This document shows, piece after piece, positions 37,907 to 47,285 of a stretch of 54,535 bases of DNA. Under the pieces are notes generated by a model that did no database searches, was not told the DNA's origin, and was given only the letters and a program-made list of their open reading frames with translations. A program made the position numbers and the translations under genes. The stretch spans positions 1-54,535 of the forward strand of contig JBEVMZ010000011.1 of NCBI GenBank assembly GCA_040508335.1, in the 5' to 3' direction. The stretch is from Sphingobium sp. (GTDB lineage Bacteria; Pseudomonadota; Alphaproteobacteria; Sphingomonadales; Sphingomonadaceae). Positions within the stretch are counted from its first letter, which is position 1; the number at the start of each line of letters is the position of its first letter.

Positions 37907-39142
37907 ATGTCCCATCAAGCGACCGCCGCCTCCGCCATTCCCGTGGCCGAGCGGCTTCCCTATCGATCCGTCGATTCAGACGGCCATTATTATGAGCCGC
38001 ACGACGCCTTCACCCGCCATCTCGAAAAGCGCTTCGCCAATCGCGCGCTGCATGTGCGGGTGTCGGAAAAGGACGGGCTGGGGCGCCTTTATTATGGCGA
38101 AAACAAGCTCGGCATGATGAAGGTCACGCAGACCGACTATACCGGCGCGCCGGGCAGCCGGAAGGATTTCTTTCAGGGGCTCCACGACGATCAGGAAGGC
38201 TGGCACCAGAGCGAGGTCATTAGCGCGCACGACCATCCCGCGATGATGAACAAAAAAGCCCGGCTCGATCTGCTCGATCAGCAGGGCATCGAAGCAAGCT
38301 TGATGTTCCCCACCGTGGGGGTCGCGGTGGAGCATGAAATGCACGACGATGTCGATGCGCTTTATGCCGGGTTGCGCGCGTTCAACCGCTGGCTGCAGGA
38401 GGATTGGGGCTATGGCGACGATGGCCGCATCTACGGCGCGCCGATGATCTCGCTGATCGACACCGACCAGGCCTGCGCCGAAACCGAACGGGTACTCAAG
38501 GAAGGCGCCAAGCTGCTGCACATGAAGCGCGGTCCGCTCTATGGCGGCTCGCCTGCCGAACCGAGCCGCGACCGTTTCTGGGCGATGGTGCAGGAAGCCG
38601 ACATCCCCGTCGCCTTCCACATCGGCGACGCGGGCTATCATGAACTGTGGGGCACGGCCTGGGGCGAGGACGCCCGCCCGCCGGTCCAATATACCTCACC
38701 CTATCAGGTCTATCTCTCCGACACGGCGATGGCCGACACGGCGGCGAACCTCATCCTCAACAATCTGTTCGACCGCTTCCCCCGCCTGAAAATCCTCAGC
38801 ATCGAAAATGGCTCAGGCTGGATTCCCAAGCTGTTCAAGCAGATGGACAAGGCCGCGTTTCAGACGCGCGGGCAGGCCGGGCTCGGCGGGCCGGTCATCT
38901 GCCGCCCTTCCGAAGTGTTCCGGCAGAATTTCTACGTCTGCCCCTTTTTCGAGGAAAACCCGATCGAACTTGCCGAGCTGATCGGCGTCGATCATGTGCT
39001 GTTCGGTTCCGACTGGCCGCACCCCGAAGGATTGGACGAGCCGCTGGAATTTGCCGAAAAATTGATCGGCGTGGCCAGCGATCAGGACACGCGCAGGGTC
39101 ATGCGCGGGAATATCGCCGAAATGATCGGGCTTGCGGTCTGA
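37907..39142 (+). CDS. Amidohydrolase (Amidohydro_2)
   Basis: DSDGHYYEP, AFNRWL, VAFH, SIENG, LFGSDWPHPEG; alternative GTG start at 37901. Confidence 0.9.
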   Translation: MSHQATAASAIPVAERLPYRSVDSDGHYYEPHDAFTRHLEKRFANRALHVRVSEKDGLGRLYYGENKLGMMKVTQTDYTGAPGSRKDFFQGLHDDQEGWHQSEVISAHDHPAMMNKKARLDLLDQQGIEASLMFPTVGVAVEHEMHDDVDALYAGLRAFNRWLQEDWGYGDDGRIYGAPMISLIDTDQACAETERVLKEGAKLLHMKRGPLYGGSPAEPSRDRFWAMVQEADIPVAFHIGDAGYHELWGTAWGEDARPPVQYTSPYQVYLSDTAMADTAANLILNNLFDRFPRLKILSIENGSGWIPKLFKQMDKAAFQTRGQAGLGGPVICRPSEVFRQNFYVCPFFEENPIELAELIGVDHVLFGSDWPHPEGLDEPLEFAEKLIGVASDQDTRRVMRGNIAEMIGLAV

Positions 39143-39290
39143 CGGCCACTGCATGAACGACATGGGGACTTTCGTGATCGATCGCCGGCTTATGCTGATG
39201 GGAACGGCATGGCTGGCGATCGCGGCCAGGGGAAAACGGGTCAACCCGCCTCCTTCGACGCGCGATGGCATCAATCGGACAGGAGCGAGT

Positions 39291-40391
39291 ATGACGGACG
39301 ACGATATCAGCAGAATGCGGGGCATCTGGTCGGCCTATCTCGACCAGTTGCGCGTCGCGGGCGATCAGTTCTTCCGCCCGAGCACGCCTGCAGATGAGGT
39401 GACGCTGGCGGAAGGGCTGCGACATCTCAGCCGCATCACGCGCCTGGGGCTGCTCGCCCAGCTGGAATTCGCCGATCCCGATTTCCCCGTGCTCGCCCAA
39501 TATGTCGACGATGTCACCAAATTCGGCTGCGACAATCCCGACACCATCTATCAGCGCGCGATGGTGAACGGCAATCTGCGCTATCGCATTTTGGGCAAGC
39601 GCAACACGGTGGATTATCTAAGCTTCATCACCTCGCGCCCCGGCGAAAACGGCCGCGTGTTCCAGATCGATCATCTCGACGTCGAACGGCTGAAGGTCGG
39701 CGCCGACGGAACGTTCGAGATCAGCATCTCGCCCGAGCAGCAGGGCGATAACTGGCTGAAGCTGACCCCAGACACTACCGCCGTGTCGGTGCGCCAGACC
39801 TTACTCGACCGCGCGAAGGAAGTGCCGGCGGATCTGCGCATCGAACGGGTAGGGGACAAGGCGACCCCCGCGCCGCTCACGGTGGCAAAGGTGCAGCAGG
39901 GTCTGACCGCGGCGGCTGGCTTTACCCATTATCTCGCCAGCCTGTTCCCCGACTGGACCCATGGCTATCTCGCCCATGTGAACGCGCTGCCCCCAGCCGA
40001 CCAGGAGGCGTGCCTGCGCGCGGGTGGCGATCCCAATATCTATTTCTACCGCTCGGTCTGGCAGCTTGGCCCCGAGCAGGCGCTGGTCGTCACCATTCCG
40101 CGCATTCCCGAATGCGACACCTGGAATCTTCAGGTCGACAATTTCTGGCAGGAATCGATGGACCGCCGCTATTTCCGCAGCAACATCAACCGGCATACGG
40201 CCCATTACAACGCCGACGGCAGCATGACCGCGATCATCGCGCATCGTGATCCCGGCCATCCCAACTGGCTTGACACTGCCGGCCATGTCACCGGCCATTT
40301 CGCGATGCGCTGGATACGCGCGGCTGAGCATATCGACCCGACGACGAAGCTGGTCTCGTTCGACGACGCCCGCGGGATCGCTAAAAGCTGA
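39291..40391 (+). CDS. DUF1214-like protein
   Basis: GCDNPDTIY, GTFEI, NFWQESMD, AHRDPGHPNWLDTAGH..G....RW; AGGAG RBS. An in-frame upstream extension from 39153 is possible. Confidence 0.75.
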   Translation: MTDDDISRMRGIWSAYLDQLRVAGDQFFRPSTPADEVTLAEGLRHLSRITRLGLLAQLEFADPDFPVLAQYVDDVTKFGCDNPDTIYQRAMVNGNLRYRILGKRNTVDYLSFITSRPGENGRVFQIDHLDVERLKVGADGTFEISISPEQQGDNWLKLTPDTTAVSVRQTLLDRAKEVPADLRIERVGDKATPAPLTVAKVQQGLTAAAGFTHYLASLFPDWTHGYLAHVNALPPADQEACLRAGGDPNIYFYRSVWQLGPEQALVVTIPRIPECDTWNLQVDNFWQESMDRRYFRSNINRHTAHYNADGSMTAIIAHRDPGHPNWLDTAGHVTGHFAMRWIRAAEHIDPTTKLVSFDDARGIAKS

Positions 40392-40405
40392 GGAGAGGTT
40401 TCCAA

Positions 40406-41605
40406 GTGAGCGCATTGTTCGATCCCGAGCGGCTGATCGCCGCCGCCCAGCAGCGGACGGGCCTGTCCGACTTAGGCGACCCCGCCTTTCGCGAGCCGTT
40501 CGACATATTGTGCCGTTCGCTCGATACGGAAGCGCCGCTGAGCGAGGCGGGTCGCGAGGCGCATGCCGAGCGGCTGACCGGCCTGCTTGCGGATCGGCTG
40601 AAACTGCAGCACTGGGTCACCTGCCATCCCGAGATCGCGCAGGAGGTCATCGACCGGCCGGTCGTCATCGCGGGCCTGCCGCGCACCGGCACCACCATGC
40701 TCTACCGCATGCTAGCGGCCGCGCCGCAACTGGCCGCGCCGCTTTTCTACGAAGCGACCGAAGTGGGCCCGCGCGAAGATTGGGACTATAGCGAAGCAAA
40801 CGACGCCCGTATTCCCGACGCGCGCCTGCGCGTCGAGGCGATGATGCAGGCCATGCCCGAGCTGGCATCCATCTATCCGTTCGAGGCCGAGGCGCCCGAG
40901 GAGAGCATCTTCCTCTACGGCCCCTCTTTCCTGACCACCAGTCAGCAGTCCAGCGCACTCGTCCCTTCCTACGATGACTGGTTCGCCACTGCCGACAAGC
41001 GGCCCGGCTACCGTTATCTCAAGCTGGTCGTGCAATTCCTGCAATGGCAGCGGTGCCGGTCGGGCCGTTGGACGCAAGGGCAGCGCTGGCTTCTCAAGAC
41101 GCCCGATCATTTGCACGGCTTCCAGGAAATGCTGGACGTCTTTCCCGACGTGAAGGTGATCCAGACCCATCGCGACCCGGTCGAAACCATCCCCTCCATC
41201 TGTTCATTCATCCATGTGCTGCACGAGCCGACCCGCGCGCGCGACGACGCGCGCGACATCGGCGCGGCCTGGAGCCACATGTTCGCGGCCAGCATGACCC
41301 GCGCCATAGCGGTGCGCGACCGTAATCCGGCGAGCTTCCTCGACATCTGGTATCGCGATACGGTCGCCGATCCGCGCAAGGTGGCGGAAGATGTATTCAC
41401 CTTTATCGACCTGTCGCTTACCGAGGAAGCCTGGGCCGAAATGCAGTCCTGGCGCGACGCCAACAAGCGCGAAGCGCGGCCTTCGCACAGCTATACGCTG
41501 GAGGAGTTCGGCCTGAGCGGCAATGTGATCGTCGACCTGTTTGCCGCTTATCGTGAGCGGTTCATCATTCCCCACGGCGTTGCAAACAAGGCGGTAGCGG
41601 CGTGA
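40406..41605 (+). CDS. PAPS-dependent sulfotransferase (Sulfotransfer_3 type)
   Basis: 5'-PSB loop GLPRTGTT, WLLKTP.H, 3'-PB motif HRDP...IPS; GTG start after GAGG. Confidence 0.88.
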   Translation: MSALFDPERLIAAAQQRTGLSDLGDPAFREPFDILCRSLDTEAPLSEAGREAHAERLTGLLADRLKLQHWVTCHPEIAQEVIDRPVVIAGLPRTGTTMLYRMLAAAPQLAAPLFYEATEVGPREDWDYSEANDARIPDARLRVEAMMQAMPELASIYPFEAEAPEESIFLYGPSFLTTSQQSSALVPSYDDWFATADKRPGYRYLKLVVQFLQWQRCRSGRWTQGQRWLLKTPDHLHGFQEMLDVFPDVKVIQTHRDPVETIPSICSFIHVLHEPTRARDDARDIGAAWSHMFAASMTRAIAVRDRNPASFLDIWYRDTVADPRKVAEDVFTFIDLSLTEEAWAEMQSWRDANKREARPSHSYTLEEFGLSGNVIVDLFAAYRERFIIPHGVANKAVAA

Positions 41606-42471
41606 TCGTCCTCAATGTCGGCAAGGTGCGCATCAGCGTCATCGCGGAAAATGATTTCACCTTTCCGCACGACCTGCTGCTGCCCGCTTCTACCCTGGAA
41701 GAGCTTAAGGCGCTCGATTGGCTCGACGCACCCTTTTTCGGGCGAGAGGATGGAACGCTGACTTTGCGGGTCCAGGCCTTCGTGATCGAGGCGGAAGGAC
41801 AGCGCGTCGTCGTCGACACCTGCATGGGCAATGACAAACCGCGCTCCTCGCCGGTCGGGAACATGCTGCGTACCGATTTTATGGAACGGTTCGAAGCAGC
41901 CGGCTTCGCGCGCGAAGCTATCGACGTCGTGCTGTGCACCCATTTGCATGTCGACCATGTCGGGTGGAACACGATGCTCAAGGACGGCAAATGGGTGCCG
42001 ACCTTCCCCAACGCCCGTTACCTGATCGGGCGCGAGGAGCATGATTTCTGGAATAAGGCGGCTCAAGAGCGCGGCAGCGACGACGCCGCGATCATGGCCG
42101 ATTCGATCCAACCGCTGTTCGACCATGGCGTGGTCGATCTGGTCGAGACCGATCATGTTATCAACGCCGCGCTGCGCCTCTTTTCCACCCCCGGCCATAC
42201 GCCGGGCCATGTGAGTCTCGCTATCCTTTCCGACGGGCAGCAGGCAATTTTGAGCGGCGATTTCCTGCACAATCCCGCGCAGATCGGTCAGCCCGACTGG
42301 GGCGCATTCGTCGATGAGGACAGCGTGCGGTCTGCCGAGACGCGGCGGGCCGAACTGGCACGGCTCGCCGACGAGCCGGTCCTTCTCATCGGCACGCATT
42401 TCCCGGCTCCCACCGCCGGCTATGTCGTATCCGACGATGACGGCTATCGTTTCAGGGGTTTGAGACGATGA
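41602..42471 (+). CDS. MBL-fold metallo-hydrolase
   Basis: VDT.MG, THLHVDHVG, TPGHTPGH, SGD, GTHF; GTGA overlap with the upstream gene. Confidence 0.92.
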   Translation: MIVLNVGKVRISVIAENDFTFPHDLLLPASTLEELKALDWLDAPFFGREDGTLTLRVQAFVIEAEGQRVVVDTCMGNDKPRSSPVGNMLRTDFMERFEAAGFAREAIDVVLCTHLHVDHVGWNTMLKDGKWVPTFPNARYLIGREEHDFWNKAAQERGSDDAAIMADSIQPLFDHGVVDLVETDHVINAALRLFSTPGHTPGHVSLAILSDGQQAILSGDFLHNPAQIGQPDWGAFVDEDSVRSAETRRAELARLADEPVLLIGTHFPAPTAGYVVSDDDGYRFRGLRR

Positions 42472-43295
42472 GCCAGATGGAACAGCTTTGCACGGACCTG
42501 CGCGAAGAAGCGGACGCCCTACGCGCGCTCATGACGGGAGCGGGACTGGCACCCGATAGGGTCACGCCCTTCATGGGCTGGACGGTGCGTAACAGTTTGT
42601 CGCACATCGTCACGATCGACCGGCTGGCGACGCTGGCGTTCTGCGATATCCCCAAGGCGGCAGAGGAGCGGCGCGCATTCGCTGCCGGAACGACCCAGCC
42701 GTCGACCGCGCCGATCGATCGTTATCGTGCGATCGCCGATTATGAGGAAGCGCGGCTCGGCCTGCTCAGTTGGGAGCAGTTGATCGCCGCCTGGGACATA
42801 GGGCTCGACCAGTTGATCGCCGCCGCCCGCGCGGCGGGCGACGATGCCAGGGTCGAGTGGTTCGGCGGCGCCATGCGCGCACCGTCTTTGCTGTCGGCGC
42901 GACATATGGAAGTCTGGGCCTATGGCCAGGACGTGTTCGACGCGGCCGAGGCCGATAGGCCCGATGGCGAACGGCTGCGCAACGTCGTCGAATTCGGCCT
43001 CAAGACCTTCGGATTCAGCTTCGCCAATCGGGGCGAGCCGGTGCCGACGACCAAGCCCTATCTGGCGCTAATCTCGCCGGGCGGCGTCGAATGGACGTGG
43101 AACGACCCTGCCGCCGGCGATCGCATCACTGGCAGCGCGCGCGATCTTGCCTTGGTCACGACCCAGCGGCGCCATGTTGCCGACACCGACCTGACGGTTG
43201 AAGGCCCGGTCGCCGCGCGCTGGATGGCGATCGCACAGAGCATCGCCGGCGTGCCGATGGACGGACCGGCGCCGGGCCGCCTAGCCTGCGGATGA
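42468..43295 (+). CDS. TIGR03084-like metal-binding protein (MDMPI/DinB N-domain plus C-terminal domain)
   Basis: TPFMGWTV...SH, ARHMEVWAYGQD, TFGFSFANRG, TQRRH..DT.L...G..A..WM.IAQ. Confidence 0.8.
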   Translation: MSQMEQLCTDLREEADALRALMTGAGLAPDRVTPFMGWTVRNSLSHIVTIDRLATLAFCDIPKAAEERRAFAAGTTQPSTAPIDRYRAIADYEEARLGLLSWEQLIAAWDIGLDQLIAAARAAGDDARVEWFGGAMRAPSLLSARHMEVWAYGQDVFDAAEADRPDGERLRNVVEFGLKTFGFSFANRGEPVPTTKPYLALISPGGVEWTWNDPAAGDRITGSARDLALVTTQRRHVADTDLTVEGPVAARWMAIAQSIAGVPMDGPAPGRLACG

Positions 43296-43465
43296 TGTCG
43301 GAACAGCTTCTCGGGTTGGATGAGAGCGATGCGGTGCTTGATTTGGGCGCCTTTCCAGAGCGCAGCAGCAGCACGGGGCATTTCCAGCGCGTGCGATACT
43401 GAGCTTATTTTGCGCTGGAGCGCGGCGCTGACGCCTCCGACCTCGATCACCCATAAACAAGGAGG

Positions 43466-43505
43466 GAGCCGGCGCGCCTTTCGGTACACCGGCTCATTTT
43501 CTTTC
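43466..43505. terminator. Probable bidirectional intrinsic terminator between convergent units
   Basis: GAGCCGG...CCGGCTC stem followed by ATTTTCTTTC on +; G-U-extended stem with a GAAA loop on the - strand. Confidence 0.55.
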
Positions 43506-43517
43506 AAAACGAAAGGA

Positions 43518-44330
43518 TCAGGACGCGGCCAGCATCTTCTGCACATCGATGACGCCCGTCATGACGCCGCCGACGAAGCCATGATCCACCGGCATGGCCA
43601 GGCCACTGATGAAACGGGCCGCTTCGCTGTTGAGCAGCAGCAGCGGGTCCGCCTGCTCCGATGCGGTCGAATGCCGTCCGACCGGCTCGGAAAAGACGTC
43701 GAACACCTTGGCGGGCGCGATCTTCACAAACTCTTCCATCATCGGCGTCGCGATCGGGCTGGGCAGGGTCACGTTGAGGCGAATGCCCTCACGCCCCAGT
43801 TCGGCCGCCCGCTTAAGCGTATAGGCGACCATCGCTTCCTTGGAGAAGCCGTAGCCGTCCGCCACAGTCTCTGCATTGTCTTCGACCCACTTCACCGCGC
43901 TGTCGAAATCGGGCGTGTCGACCAGTTCGAGCAGCGTCGGCACGCGCTGGGTATATTGGAACGCCGCGTTGGAGGCGACGGTGGCGACCGCGCCGCCCTT
44001 GCGGAGTTTGGGGATCCAGCTTTCGATCCAGTAGCGCATGCCGATGAAGTTGACCTTCATCACGTCAAGCGCGGGGAATGTCTGGGGAAGGCCGGCGCAG
44101 TTGAACAGCGCGTCGATCTCCCCACCAATACCCTGGACCGCCGCGTCGATCGACGCGGGATCCTTAAGATCGACGGTGCGGAAGGACGCCATCGGCACCT
44201 TGCTCTCGCGCACGTCTACGCCATGCACTTCGGCACCCATTTCGGCCAGGCGGCTCGCGCACGCCTCGCCAACGCCGGAAAAACATCCGGCAATGACGAC
44301 GCGCTTACCCTCGTAGGAAAAAATGCTCAT
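43518..44330 (-). CDS. SDR, coniferyl-alcohol dehydrogenase / 3-alpha-HSD-like
   Basis: GCFSGVG, DALFNCAG, VNFIG, YGFSKE, VDHG. Confidence 0.88.
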   Translation of the reverse strand: MSIFSYEGKRVVIAGCFSGVGEACASRLAEMGAEVHGVDVRESKVPMASFRTVDLKDPASIDAAVQGIGGEIDALFNCAGLPQTFPALDVMKVNFIGMRYWIESWIPKLRKGGAVATVASNAAFQYTQRVPTLLELVDTPDFDSAVKWVEDNAETVADGYGFSKEAMVAYTLKRAAELGREGIRLNVTLPSPIATPMMEEFVKIAPAKVFDVFSEPVGRHSTASEQADPLLLLNSEAARFISGLAMPVDHGFVGGVMTGVIDVQKMLAAS

Positions 44331-44353
44331 TCAATGTCCCTTCAGGGGGTGGT

Positions 44354-45832
44354 TCAGATCTGGCGGTAGCTGATCGACTTCAGCTCGGTGAAGGCGTTGA
44401 CGCCTTCCTCGCCCCATTCGCGGCCGATGCCCGAACGCTTGAAGCCGCCGAACGGCGAGATCGGCGCACCTGGGATCGAGCCACCGCCGTTGATCGAGAC
44501 AACGCCGGTACGCACGCCAGCCGCGATGTCGAACGCCGCGCCCAGGTCGGACGAGAAGACAGCGCCGCCAAGGCCGAAGCTGGAATCGTTGGCCATGTCG
44601 ATCGCCTGCTCGTCGCTGTCGAAGCCGGTGACGGCCACGATCGGCCCGAACACTTCTTCCTGAGCCAGGCGCGACTTGTTGTCGACATCGTCGAATACGG
44701 TCGGTTCGAAGTAGAAGCCCTTGTCGAAGCCGGCGGGACGGCGGCCGCCTGTGACGAGCCGCGCATTCCCCTTGAGGCCTTCCTCGGTATAATATTCCGT
44801 CTTCGCACGCTGCGCTTCGCGGATCAGCGGGCCAAAAGTGCTGCTCGGATCGGAAGGCGAACCGATCTTGAGCGAACGGAACGCCTCGGCCAACTGTTCG
44901 ACATATTGCTTGCGCACCGAATTATGGACGATGTGCCGCGTGCAGAGCGCGCAGCCCTGCCCGGAGTGGGACAACGATCCCACACCCGCCTGGACTGCGG
45001 CCGCCAGATTGGCGTCGCTGCGGATGATCAGTGCGGACTTGCCGCCCAGTTCGAGATGCAGCCGCTTGAGCGACGGGGCGCCCTGCGCCATGATCGCCGA
45101 GCCTACCGCGTCCGAGCCGGTGAAGCTGATGACATCGACGCGCGGGTCGGTCGTCATCTGCTCGCCGACGTCCTTGCCGCCCGTGATGACGTTGATGACG
45201 CCCGGGGGGAAATCGAGACCCGCAGCGATCTCAGCGACGATAAGCGCGGAAAAAGGCGTGAACGGTGAAGGCTTGAGCACGACAGTGTTGCCCGCGACCA
45301 GCGCCGGGAACAGCTTCACGATGTTCAGAAAGAAGGGGAAGTTATAAGGCGTGATAGCCGACACGACGCCGATCGGTTCGCGCCGGATCATGCCGCCGAC
45401 GAAGCTGCGCGACCCGTCATGATTGGCAACGGTGCCCGACGGCAGCGCCTTGTCCAGGCTTTTCGCGCCTTGTTCGATCATGTCGCCGGACAGGAACATC
45501 GGCACATCGAACTGAATGGGGTGGATCGAAGAAACCGCGCCGGCTTCTTCGACGATCAGGCGGATGATGTCATCACGGCGCGCGGCGATGGCCGCGTGCA
45601 GTTCGCGCAGCTTTGCGGCGCGTTCGGCGGGCGCCATGCGTGGCCAGGGACCCCGGTCGAATGCTTCGCGCGCGGCGGCTATGGCCTGTTCCACCTCGGC
45701 GCGGCTGCCCACGGGAGCATAGGCCAGCACTTCTTCGGTTGCCGGGTTGATGACGGCTTCGGGCTCGCCGGTCGCCTTCACCCATTCACCGCCGATATAG
45801 ATGTGGTTCTCAAGCTTCTGGGGTAGGTACAT
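44354..45832 (-). CDS. Aldehyde dehydrogenase
   Basis: INPATEE, PYNFP, FTGS, LELGGKS, SGQGC, EEVFGP; start trimmed to MYLPQK (GGAG RBS). Confidence 0.95.
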   Translation of the reverse strand: MYLPQKLENHIYIGGEWVKATGEPEAVINPATEEVLAYAPVGSRAEVEQAIAAAREAFDRGPWPRMAPAERAAKLRELHAAIAARRDDIIRLIVEEAGAVSSIHPIQFDVPMFLSGDMIEQGAKSLDKALPSGTVANHDGSRSFVGGMIRREPIGVVSAITPYNFPFFLNIVKLFPALVAGNTVVLKPSPFTPFSALIVAEIAAGLDFPPGVINVITGGKDVGEQMTTDPRVDVISFTGSDAVGSAIMAQGAPSLKRLHLELGGKSALIIRSDANLAAAVQAGVGSLSHSGQGCALCTRHIVHNSVRKQYVEQLAEAFRSLKIGSPSDPSSTFGPLIREAQRAKTEYYTEEGLKGNARLVTGGRRPAGFDKGFYFEPTVFDDVDNKSRLAQEEVFGPIVAVTGFDSDEQAIDMANDSSFGLGGAVFSSDLGAAFDIAAGVRTGVVSINGGGSIPGAPISPFGGFKRSGIGREWGEEGVNAFTELKSISYRQI

Positions 45833-45896
45833 CACAGTCTCCATATTCCAGCGCGCCGGTGGCGCGCGGCGCTGTCGTTTGAAAAATATGCCGCCA

Positions 45897-47060
45897 TTAC
45901 GGCATTGCCTGTTTTGGAAGCGGGATCGTGCGCACGGCATAGAGCATGCCGATCGCGATCGCGACGATGCCAAAGCTGGTAAATACCGCGCCCGGTCCCG
46001 CCTGCCCCCTGATCCCCTCAACCACGAAGGGGAACAGCGCCTGCGATCCATAGAGGACGCCGTTGGCTAGGCCGATCGCTCCGGCTCCGTCATCCGGGCT
46101 GCCGGCGACGGCGGCTGCGTTCATATTCGGGGTGAAAAAGGTCACGCCGAAACCGACTATGCCCATTGTCACGGTCAACCCGGCAATGTCGCGCATCCAG
46201 GCGGTCGCAACCAGGCCGATGCCGGTGATGAGCAGCGCGGTCGTGAACATGCCTGGCACGCCCGTGCGCCGAACGCAGCGCGCATAGAAATAGCCTGACA
46301 CCATTGCCGCCCCGGCGCAGCCGACCAGCGGCAGCGACATCAGAGCGGGATCGCTAATCCCCAGATGCACCATGAAGAAGGGGCCGAACGTGCCGGGCAG
46401 GATGCTCGCCATGCCCATAAAAGCGATCAGCAGCAGAAATGCCGGCGACAGGCCGCGCTGCGCGGGCCGCCGCGTGACCGCGGCCTTACTCGCGCCGCCG
46501 CGATGGCGAGGCAGAGTGAGGATCAGAGGGATTAGCACCAGCCCTATCAGATGCAGCGCAAAAGGCGCGCGCCAACCGTGACGGGCGAGGGCGCCGATGA
46601 CGATGAAGGATGCGACGCCGAGCAATGCGCCGGCGAAGGCCTGGAGGCCGAACAGCTTGGTGCGCTGCGTTTCGGGAAGCGTTCCGATGCCGGCGAGACT
46701 GGCCACCATCGCGCCCGCTATGCTAAGCCCGAGCACCACGCGGGTGGCAAGGATCAGATAAATATTGTCGAGCAGCAACACGCTGCTACCTGCCACCACG
46801 AACATGGCGGTCGACCAGAGATAGACCGTGCGATAGCCCCAGCGCGACACCAACCCGCCGGATATCGGCGCGCCGATGGCGAAGGCAAAACCAACCAGCG
46901 TAGCCACGAGCTGGCTCAGCAACGCACTGTCGGGATTGTCGGCAAAGGCGATGGCCATCTGCGGCAGGACGAGGCCGAAGGAATAAATGCCCAGAACGGC
47001 GAGCAAGGCGGCTGCGACAAGCGCGAACTTCCCCGGAAATCCCAGTTCCGCCGATTCCAT
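45897..47060 (-). CDS. MFS transporter
   Basis: The hydrophobic 12-TM pattern occupies only the last 387 aa of the 840-aa track ORF; AAGGAG RBS before MESAELG. Confidence 0.85.
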   Translation of the reverse strand: MESAELGFPGKFALVAAALLAVLGIYSFGLVLPQMAIAFADNPDSALLSQLVATLVGFAFAIGAPISGGLVSRWGYRTVYLWSTAMFVVAGSSVLLLDNIYLILATRVVLGLSIAGAMVASLAGIGTLPETQRTKLFGLQAFAGALLGVASFIVIGALARHGWRAPFALHLIGLVLIPLILTLPRHRGGASKAAVTRRPAQRGLSPAFLLLIAFMGMASILPGTFGPFFMVHLGISDPALMSLPLVGCAGAAMVSGYFYARCVRRTGVPGMFTTALLITGIGLVATAWMRDIAGLTVTMGIVGFGVTFFTPNMNAAAVAGSPDDGAGAIGLANGVLYGSQALFPFVVEGIRGQAGPGAVFTSFGIVAIAIGMLYAVRTIPLPKQAMP

Positions 47061-47214
47061 CCATCCGCTCCTTGCGTCCTGTGGGGCGATGTGGCCCCTT
47101 TGCCATCGTCCGTCAATGCCGGTTGACTTAGCTGATAATGAAATAAATGGTTGGACCTGTCCTGCAATTTGGTGCATAGGCCGACTTCTGTAACATTCAA
47201 ACGCGATGCGCCGG

Positions 47215-47231
47215 CTGGCTTGGAATTTGCC
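47215..47231 (+). promoter_or_regulatory. Possible sigma-54 (-24/-12) promoter for the P450
   Basis: CTGGCTTGGAATTTGCC has exact GG-N10-GC spacing with TGGC and TTGC, about 55 nt before the start; a chance match is possible. Confidence 0.3.
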
Positions 47232-47285
47232 GGGGATTTTGCGATGACCGTCGCCTAAAAAGCGGCAAGGACAGGGTGATGATAT

